Assembly: GCF_008065095.1 (NCBI RefSeq)
Contig: NZ_CP042911.1
Coordinates: forward strand, 8,310,001 to 8,342,000
Direction: 5' to 3'
DNA length: 32,000 nt
From: Gemmata obscuriglobus
GTDB taxonomy: Bacteria; Planctomycetota; Planctomycetia; Gemmatales; Gemmataceae
Shown here: piece after piece, positions 25,563 through 32,000 of the stretch
Numbering within the stretch: position 1 is the first letter of the stretch
How the letters are laid out: the number at the start of each line of letters is the position of its first letter
Notes under the pieces: generated by a model
The model's database searches: none
Told to the model about the DNA's origin: nothing
The model's input: only the letters and a program-made list of their open reading frames with translations
Made by a program: the position numbers and the translations under genes

Positions 25563-26231
25563 TCACTTCTTGAGGGGCGTGATCGTGAAGCCGTCGAACG
25601 TGGCGTGCAGTTTCTGGCAGGTGCAGTGGTTCAGGTACACGGAAACGGTCACCTCGTCGGGGAAGTCCAGCTTCTCGCCGAACGCCTGCGGCGCAGCCCA
25701 CTCCTTGCCATCAAGGCTGTACGACACGGTGACGGTCTTGTCTTTGCGCGTGACCTCGAAGTGAACGGTTTGCCCCTGCTCCACCTCCTTCAAACTGGTC
25801 CCGCCACCGCCCTGCCCGTCAATGAACCGGTCCGTCCACACGGACCGCTGCGGGGCGGCATACAGTTCTCCGTCGTCACCGCGGTTGTATATCTGAAGCA
25901 GGAAGTGCGAGAGGCTGTAACCGCCTCCCCGGACACACAGGCCGGCGTAAGCGTGCGGCCGACGGGCGTCGCCCTTGGCGGGGGTGGCGACCTCGGCCAG
26001 CGTCACGCGGGCCGTGAAGTCCCCGCGGACGGTGCGGGTGACGCGCATGTCGGAGGGGCCGTCCCCGGTCGCGCGGAGGGTGAGTTGCTTGCCCTTTAAC
26101 TCGAACTTGCCCTCGCCCTCGGGTTTCCCCCAGTGCTTGGCGATCAGCTCTTGTTCGGACGGCGGCGGCACCGGGGCCGCTACCGCCCACGTGCTAGCAC
26201 ACACGGTCGCCAGCAAAAAGGCACGCGTCAT
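25563..26231 (-). CDS. Secreted hypothetical protein, possibly a ConA-like/DUF1349-like beta-sandwich (222 aa)
   Basis: ATG at 26231 (MTRAFLLATVCASTWAVAAPV signal peptide). Beta-rich sequence GKFELKGKQLTLRATGDG...VRGDFTARVTL...TVHFEVTRKDKTVTVSYSLDGKEW. It lies 10 nt downstream of the DUF1501 gene. The fold assignment is a guess. Confidence 0.7.
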   Translation of the reverse strand: MTRAFLLATVCASTWAVAAPVPPPSEQELIAKHWGKPEGEGKFELKGKQLTLRATGDGPSDMRVTRTVRGDFTARVTLAEVATPAKGDARRPHAYAGLCVRGGGYSLSHFLLQIYNRGDDGELYAAPQRSVWTDRFIDGQGGGGTSLKEVEQGQTVHFEVTRKDKTVTVSYSLDGKEWAAPQAFGEKLDFPDEVTVSVYLNHCTCQKLHATFDGFTITPLKK

Positions 26232-26241
26232 GCGGCGGTCC

Positions 26242-27567
26242 TCAGTACAGTTTTTCGATGGGAAGGACACCACCCGGGAGAATGGGGTTGGGGCGGTTCG
26301 ACACATCGTACACCATCGCGTGCGGGTCGAGACCCAAATTCTTGTACACGCTCGCCAGCACGCTCGGGTACGGGATCGGGTCGTCCTTGGCCTCCCCGGC
26401 GGCGCTGTCGGTGCTGCCGATCACCTGCCCGGTTTTCATCCCGCCGCCCGAGAGGAGCGCGAAGTTCACCCGGGACCAGTGGTCGCGGCCCGCGTCCTTG
26501 TTGATCTTCGGGGTGCGGCCGAACTCGCCCCACACGCACACCGTCACGTCGTCCTGGAGCCCGCGGGTGTAGATGTCTTCCACCAGCGCCGAGACGCCGG
26601 TGTCGAACAGTGGCAGGTGGTCCTTCAGGTACTTGAAGTTGTTCCCGTGCGTGTCCCAAAAGCCGTAAGCCACCGTGACCACGCGGCACCCGGCTTCGAC
26701 GAGCCGGCGGGCCATCAGAAGCTGATCGTTCCACTGCGGAGCGCCGTCGCCGAGGTGCCGCGGTGAGCCCTTCCCGTACCGCTCGCGGAGCTTCGGGCTC
26801 TCTTTCGTCACGTCCAGCGCTTCCACCAGCTTGCTGGACGTGAGCACGTCGAACGCCCGGTCGTGGAACGTGTCGGCGCTAACGGCGTTGCTCTGGCCGG
26901 CGGTCTTGCGGAACGCGTCCACCCGTTCGAGGAGGGCCTTCCGGTCCTGGAGCTCTGCCGGGGTGACCGCGAGGTTCTTCATCACCGCCAGTTCGTCGCC
27001 GTCCACCTTGGCGGGGGCGGCGCTGCGGCCGAGGTTCGCTGGGCCGGGCGTGTTGTACGGTTTGTGCTGCATCGTGGGCGACAGGTCCACGAACGCGGGC
27101 ACGGTGGGGTCGGTCTGGCCCTGCATCCGGGCCACCACGCTGCCGAAGTGCGGCTTGTTCTCGCGCCGCGCGGCGTCCATCGTCGTGGCGGTGTAGCTCT
27201 GCCAGGAGCTGTGCTCGTCCCGCTGCCCCACCAGCGAGCGGATCACCGCCAGCTTGTCGGCGCACTTCGCCAGCTTCGGGACGTGCTCGCCGAACTGGAC
27301 GCCGGTCACGTTCGTGCCGATGGGCTTGAACTCGCCCCTCAGTTCCGCCGGGCCGTTGGGCTTCAGGTCGAACGTGTCCTGGTGCGCCATCCCGCCCGAC
27401 AGGTATACCATGATGACCGACTTGTGCGACGCCCGGCCGCTTTTGGCCTCCGCCCGCATGAGGTCCGGGAGCGTCAGCCCGCCGACGCCGAGCGCGCCGA
27501 CTTTGAGGAACGACCGGCGGGACAGGCCGTCGCAGTACCGGGTGCGGTTGCCGAAGACGGTGAGCAT
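26242..27567 (-). CDS. DUF1501 domain protein with a twin-arginine signal (441 aa)
   Basis: ATG at 27567. Tat-like SRRSFLKVGALGVGGLTLPDLM. DUF1501 hallmarks GGMAHQDTFDLKP, VTVCVWGEFGRTPKIN and GRDHW. Confidence 0.9.
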   Translation of the reverse strand: MLTVFGNRTRYCDGLSRRSFLKVGALGVGGLTLPDLMRAEAKSGRASHKSVIMVYLSGGMAHQDTFDLKPNGPAELRGEFKPIGTNVTGVQFGEHVPKLAKCADKLAVIRSLVGQRDEHSSWQSYTATTMDAARRENKPHFGSVVARMQGQTDPTVPAFVDLSPTMQHKPYNTPGPANLGRSAAPAKVDGDELAVMKNLAVTPAELQDRKALLERVDAFRKTAGQSNAVSADTFHDRAFDVLTSSKLVEALDVTKESPKLRERYGKGSPRHLGDGAPQWNDQLLMARRLVEAGCRVVTVAYGFWDTHGNNFKYLKDHLPLFDTGVSALVEDIYTRGLQDDVTVCVWGEFGRTPKINKDAGRDHWSRVNFALLSGGGMKTGQVIGSTDSAAGEAKDDPIPYPSVLASVYKNLGLDPHAMVYDVSNRPNPILPGGVLPIEKLY

Positions 27568-27738
27568 GAGACGTGCTCCGTGGCGGAGGCGGGTGGCGGG
27601 CGGGCGCGAGGCGGCGATTGACGATTGTAAACGGAACGGTTAGCACATGCAACGGTGTGCCGGAACTCGTGGCTGGTGCCCGGGCTCGGGTTCGGGGTGG
27701 CGCGGGTGTGACCTCGCGGGTAACAAGTGGGAGGGGTC

Positions 27739-28299
27739 GTGAGCGAGGTGCTGCTCGAAACCGAACGGCTCCGGTTGCGGCGGTTCGCCGGCACCGATGC
27801 GGACGCCGCACGGCTGCTCGAACTTGATGCGGATCCCGAGGTGATGCGCTACATCGGGCCGTTCGCGCGCGAGAGCGTGGCCGCTTACCGCGAACTGATC
27901 CGCGTGTGGCTCCCGTTCTACGAAAATCCGCCGGGCGGGGTGTGGGCGGTCGAAGAACGCGCGACCGGGGACATTCTCGGGTGGGTGTTCGTCCGCCCGG
28001 CGCCGTTTCACCGGATGGCGTCCGCCATCGGCTGGACGCGCGACACCGAACTGGAACTCGGGTACCGGTTCCGGCGCGCGGCGTGGGGCCACGGGTACGC
28101 CACCGAGTGCGCCGGCCCGCTGGTCCGTGCGGCACTGGCGAACCCGGCGGTGACGGCCGTGGTCGCGGTGGCGCTGGTGACCAACCGTGCGTCCACGCGC
28201 GTGATGGAAAAGGTGGGACTCCGGTACCAGCGGCAGGTCGAACTGCCGGGATACGCCGATCCCGGCGCTGTTTATGTGTTGTCCCGGGCCGAAGGCTGA
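27739..28299 (+). CDS. GNAT family N-acetyltransferase (RimJ/RimL-like), 186 aa
   Basis: GTG at 27739, 3 nt after GGAGGGG (an in-frame GTG at 27727 is also possible). LETERLRLRRF...DPEVMRYIG and ELGYRFRRAAWGHGYATECAGPLV are typical of the Acetyltransf_3-type family. Confidence 0.85.
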   Translation: MSEVLLETERLRLRRFAGTDADAARLLELDADPEVMRYIGPFARESVAAYRELIRVWLPFYENPPGGVWAVEERATGDILGWVFVRPAPFHRMASAIGWTRDTELELGYRFRRAAWGHGYATECAGPLVRAALANPAVTAVVAVALVTNRASTRVMEKVGLRYQRQVELPGYADPGAVYVLSRAEG

Positions 28300-28310
28300 T
28301 CGGCTCGCAT

Positions 28311-28983
28311 TCAGTGGGCCGTTTCGGTGGCGAACTTCTCGTTCCGCCGGCGGACGATCTCGTCGGAGAACTCGGCGCCCGGATCGACGTAGAACGGCTG
28401 CAGCGCGGTCGGCTTCAGCTCCAGTTCCTTGAACAGTGGGTTCTCGGCCTCTTGCGGAGTGACCGCGTCCGGGTCGGCAGCAGCGCCGCGAGATGATTCT
28501 CCCGAGCCATGGCGGCGGCGACGGTCCGGATGCCGTCGCACAGCTCGACGATAATAATGCTGGCCCGCGTGTTGAGCATCTTGGCGATGGTGCGGTCCAG
28601 GCTTCGACGAGCCGGGTCAGCGAGCGGAGTTCGGATAGCAGGTCGAACTCCGTGTTCGGGTCGGTTACGGCGATGTGGCGGACTTTCAGGTCGGCGTGCA
28701 TCGCCCGAAGGCCGACGAGGTTGGCCGCGAGCCGGCCGCATCGCGTTTCCAGTCGCACGGCCGCGGCCCTGGCGCGCTCGTACTCGCACATCACATTGGC
28801 CATGTTGAAGTAGCCGGTTTTGTGGCCGCGTGCGACCGGCAGCGGCGGGCGGGGAAGCGCCGTGGCCCCAGTGACGAATGCGGCCCCCACACCGGCCGCC
28901 GCGCACCCGGCCAACACACCCCAGCGCACGATAACCGTCCCTCCCGGACCGGACGCGCGCCCGCGCACCGGAGGGAGACGCAC
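28311..28983 (-). pseudogene. Skp/OmpH-like periplasmic chaperone gene split over three reading frames
   Basis: Coding-looking sequence continues across frames. Frame 0 runs from GTG 28983 (TM/signal VRWGVLAGCAAAGVGAAFV) to ...DLLSELRSLTRLVEA at about 28600. Frame 1 reads LDRTIAKMLNTRASIIIVELCDGIRTVAAAMARENHLAALL down to about 28480. Frame 2 reads DPDAVTPQEAENPLFKELELKPTALQPFYVDPGAEFSDEIVRRRNEKFATETAH to the stop at 28311. The family call is tentative. Confidence 0.45.
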
Positions 28984-29127
28984 CCCCGGCCGCCGATCGG
29001 CAGCAAGATCAAACGTCGTGAGACAGACGGACAGACGCGCCCGCGGGTGTTTCCCCGTGCATCTGCTTTGGGGGCTTGCTACTCTGGGGCCTTCCCACCC
29101 GGGGCGCTGGTGTGCGTCTCTCCACGC

Positions 29128-30609
29128 ATGCCGCCCCTGATCCGCATCGACCGAGCCGGACTCCCAATGCCTCAGCGCTACCTCATCGTCGCCGTGACAG
29201 CGGTCGCGGCCTTCTGGATGTACATCGACCGCGTTTGCTTCTCAACGCTCGCCGCGCCGATGGAGCGCGAGCTGCTGCTCCCGCTCGCGCCCGAGCCCAC
29301 CGACGCCGACACCCTCTCGAACGACGACATCGCGGCGGCCAAGAAGAAGAAGTTCGGCCCCAACCCGCCCGCCGGGGCCGAGTTGTCGCCCGAAGACGTT
29401 GTCGCCGCCAAGAAGAAGAAGTGGGCGGACAAGCGTCTGGCCGACATCCTCGGCGCGTTCTTTTTAACCTACGCCCTGTTCCAGATCCCGATGGGCAGCC
29501 TCGCCGACCGGTACGGCGCCCGTGCCGTGCTCACCGTCTCGATCGCGGCGTGGTCGGTCGTCACCATGTTAACCGGGTTCGTCGGCGGGGCGGTCGCCCT
29601 GGTCGGCATCCGCCTGCTGCTCGGGGTGACCGAATCCGGAGCGTACCCCGCGGCTGCGGGCCTCGTGAAACGCTGGGCGCGACCCGAAGAGCGCGGGCGG
29701 TTCAGTTCGGTCGTCGCGTTCGGCGGGCGGATCGGCGGGGTCGTTGCCCCGTGGCTCACCGCGGTGCTGGCCGCCGCGCTGGCGGGCGTCGCGCTCGTCG
29801 AGTGGGCCATCACGCCGTCTCCGGCGGCGCTGGACGCGAACGAGGCGCCGGTGAACTGGCGCGGGGTGTTCGTGGTGTACGGGCTGTGCGGGGTGGTCGT
29901 CGCGCTCCTGTTTTGGCTGATCGTTCGCGACAACCCGCCCGGTGCGCCGGCCCCCGCACGCGAAGGGGGCAACGATCCGGCGAAGCTGTCACTCGTCACG
30001 CGATTTGCGGCGCTCGCCCGGTCACGCAACATGTGGCTCTTCGGGGCGATGCAGTTCGGCATGAACCTCGGGTGGGCGTTCCTGGTCACCCTGCTCCCCA
30101 AGTACCTCGAGAAGGTACACGACACGCCCCTCGACCAGGCCGGGCGGATGCAAACCGTGGCCCTCGGCATCGGGTGCCTCGGGATGATCTTCGGCGGCGT
30201 GTTCACCGATTTCACGCGCCGCTGGCTCGGGCCGAAGGCCGGCCGTGCGGTGCCCATCGGCGCCGCGCTCAGCGGGTGCGCGGTCGCGTTCCTGCTGATC
30301 CCTCATTTGCCGGACGCCTGGACCGTGGTGATCGCGCTGGGGGTAATGGCGTTCCTGGTGGACATGCACAACCCGACGATCTGGTCGTTCGCTCAGGACG
30401 TGGGCGGGAAGAACGTGGGCGCCGCGCTCGGGTGGGGCAACATGTGGGGCAACCTCGGGGCCGCGTTTTCGGCCCGGGTGCTCGTCGAGCTACAGCACGC
30501 AACGAGCTGGAACACGGCGTTCACGTGTCTCGCCGGTGCGTTTGCCGCGTCCGCGGTGTGCGGGTTCCTGCTCGACGCCACCAAACCCGTGGAAGAACCC
30601 GCGGCGTAG
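29128..30609 (+). CDS. MFS transporter with an unusual Lys-rich loop between TM1 and TM2
   Basis: ATG at 29128 (an alternative ATG lies at 29167, MPQRYLIVAVTAVAAFWMYIDR). MFS signature FFLTYALFQIPMGSLADRYGAR and about 12 hydrophobic segments. The upstream 150 codons of the 644-aa ORF are an Arg/Pro-rich artefact. Confidence 0.85.
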   Translation: MPPLIRIDRAGLPMPQRYLIVAVTAVAAFWMYIDRVCFSTLAAPMERELLLPLAPEPTDADTLSNDDIAAAKKKKFGPNPPAGAELSPEDVVAAKKKKWADKRLADILGAFFLTYALFQIPMGSLADRYGARAVLTVSIAAWSVVTMLTGFVGGAVALVGIRLLLGVTESGAYPAAAGLVKRWARPEERGRFSSVVAFGGRIGGVVAPWLTAVLAAALAGVALVEWAITPSPAALDANEAPVNWRGVFVVYGLCGVVVALLFWLIVRDNPPGAPAPAREGGNDPAKLSLVTRFAALARSRNMWLFGAMQFGMNLGWAFLVTLLPKYLEKVHDTPLDQAGRMQTVALGIGCLGMIFGGVFTDFTRRWLGPKAGRAVPIGAALSGCAVAFLLIPHLPDAWTVVIALGVMAFLVDMHNPTIWSFAQDVGGKNVGAALGWGNMWGNLGAAFSARVLVELQHATSWNTAFTCLAGAFAASAVCGFLLDATKPVEEPAA

Positions 30610-30612
30610 CGG

Positions 30613-31941
30613 TCATTTCACCAGGAACTTGCCCGCCGCCACGAGTGCGACGAGCGAGAACAGCACCGCCCCTACCGCGACCCACACCGGTACGGTGAAG
30701 GGCGGCCGCAGGCGCGGCACCCGGTACGGTGACAGGATCCGGGTGTCGGACACATCAGACGCGGTCGCGTCGGCGGCGGTCGGCTCGGTGAGCTGCGCCC
30801 ACGGCGATTGCTCCGGCACGACTTCCGGTAGCACGAACACGTCCGACGATAGCTCCCCGGAGTCGGGTGCGAGCGGTTGGCGCCCGGTCAGGTAGCCGCT
30901 GCCGGGTGCGTACGCCGCTTCCGGTGGTAGGTCGAAGCTCACACCGTCCACCGGGAGCGCCGCCGGCACGCAGGCGGCGTCGAGGTGGGCCAGCAGCTCC
31001 GCCGCGGACGCAAAACGGGCCGACGGGTGCGGTGCCATCAGCCGGTGAACGACCGCGGCCACCGCCGGCGGCACGTCGGGCCGCAAGGCGGCAACTGGTG
31101 CCGGTTGCCGACTCGACGCGTTGGCGGCACCGGTGGACGGGGCGTGCCCCGTCAGCAGGAAGTAGAACACGCCCCCGAGCGCGTACAGGTCGGAACCCGG
31201 ATCGGCCGCGTGCGGCGCGGTTAAGCTTTCGGGCGCGCGGTAAGCGGACGGGCCGGTTCCCATCGGCGGGAGCCCGAAGCCCGTGATCTTGACCGTCGGC
31301 GGGCCGAGCGCCGTGGGGCGGGAGATCAGCACGTTGTCGGGGGCCAAGTGCCCGTGCGCGGCCCCGCGCTCGTGAGCGTGCCGCAGCCCGTGGGCGATTT
31401 GGCGCACGAGTTCGCACGCCTCGTCTACCGGACGCGGCCCGCGCTGGGCGACCAGCACCTCCAGGTTCGGGCCGTCCACGAATTCCAGAACGAGGTAAAA
31501 CCGGTCGGCCAGCACGTTCGCATCGAGTGCGGTGACGACGTTGGGGTGCGACAGCCGGCCCGCGGCCCGCGCCTGCGCCTGGAACCGCTGCCGGTCCGCC
31601 GCGGTGCGGGTCAGCTCGGCCGACAGAATTTTGATCGCGACCGCCCGGTTCATGGTGCGGTGCCGGGCCTTGTACACCCGGCTCATCGACCCGCGGCCGA
31701 CCGGCTCGAGGATCACGTAGGGGCCGAACACGAACCCGTCGGCGCGGCCCGCGAGCAGGCGGTCGGCCTGGAACCGCGTGAGCAGCCCCGCGGCGACCAG
31801 ACCGGCGGCGAACTCCGCCGCCGTCCGGCCCGGGGCCATCGCGGCACGCGTGAGCTGGTTGGGGGCGAGCACGCCGGCCGCGCAAACCGCGTCGAAATAT
31901 GCGATACGGTCGACGAGCGTGCGGGCGGTCGGGGTGGGCAT
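30613..31941 (-). CDS. Tail-anchored Ser/Thr protein kinase-like protein with degenerate catalytic motifs (predicted pseudokinase), 442 aa
   Basis: ATG at 31941. Kinase fold markers VGRGSMSRVYKA, VAIKIL and YRAPES are present. The HRD loop reads HGHLAPDN and the DFG motif reads GFG. C-terminal TM segment VWVAVGAVLFSLVALVAAG. Confidence 0.85.
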   Translation of the reverse strand: MPTPTARTLVDRIAYFDAVCAAGVLAPNQLTRAAMAPGRTAAEFAAGLVAAGLLTRFQADRLLAGRADGFVFGPYVILEPVGRGSMSRVYKARHRTMNRAVAIKILSAELTRTAADRQRFQAQARAAGRLSHPNVVTALDANVLADRFYLVLEFVDGPNLEVLVAQRGPRPVDEACELVRQIAHGLRHAHERGAAHGHLAPDNVLISRPTALGPPTVKITGFGLPPMGTGPSAYRAPESLTAPHAADPGSDLYALGGVFYFLLTGHAPSTGAANASSRQPAPVAALRPDVPPAVAAVVHRLMAPHPSARFASAAELLAHLDAACVPAALPVDGVSFDLPPEAAYAPGSGYLTGRQPLAPDSGELSSDVFVLPEVVPEQSPWAQLTEPTAADATASDVSDTRILSPYRVPRLRPPFTVPVWVAVGAVLFSLVALVAAGKFLVK

Positions 31942-32000
31942 TGAGCGCTCCGCGCCGGCGGCGGGGTCCTGTCGGTTCGGCGGCCGGCGACGTCGTGTCG

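Noticed and set aside
7111-27567. Two DUF1501 genes in inverted orientation flank the whole central cluster, which could suggest composite-element boundaries.
   Set aside because: The two proteins are distant paralogs with different N-termini and low identity by eye. I found no nucleotide-level repeat, transposase or integrase. DUF1501 genes are highly abundant in planctomycete genomes.
27640-28983. A single 447-aa minus-strand ORF spanning the GNAT gene.
   Set aside because: Only its first 128 or so codons look coding. The remainder is Arg/Pro-rich antisense of the well-supported GNAT gene. The real downstream sequence of the Skp-like gene continues in the two other frames.

Overview
This is a very GC-rich window whose gene content points to Planctomycetota, probably Gemmataceae-like (my inference). 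The markers are a PSCyt/DUF1549/DUF1553 protein, two DUF1501 proteins, a tail-anchored Ser/Thr kinase-like protein and WD40 arrays. The outer parts (1-8.6 kb and 25.5-32 kb) hold ordinary genes: a 5'-truncated dxs, an HNH nuclease with a coupled small ORF, a VOC protein, a metallophosphoesterase, a HAD hydrolase, a GNAT, an MFS transporter and a frameshifted Skp/OmpH-like gene. The centre (about 8.7-25.5 kb, all on the + strand) is the notable part and has three blocks. (1) Three tandem paralogs share a roughly 170-aa SWIM-like Cys/His module and an identical C-terminal tail, DWRPTETVPEDFYAM. Their N-termini differ: none, one pentapeptide-repeat block, or BRCT-like plus two pentapeptide blocks. 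A 20-codon uORF or remnant carrying the same tail precedes them. (2) Two uncharacterised proteins are followed by a MoxR/AAA_5-type ATPase, a DUF5682 (YehM-like) protein and a CoxE-like VWA protein. With the SWIM genes this gives the domain set of the uncharacterised E. coli yehLMPQ cluster, here expanded and rearranged. (3) A lipoprotein is followed by four tandem single-propeller WD40 paralogs. Five large, mutually unrelated palindromes (30-47 bp stems, four perfect and one imperfect) sit at gene ends or inside operon spacers. I found no rRNA, tRNA, CRISPR array or transposase. All family assignments come from motif recognition by eye, not database searches.
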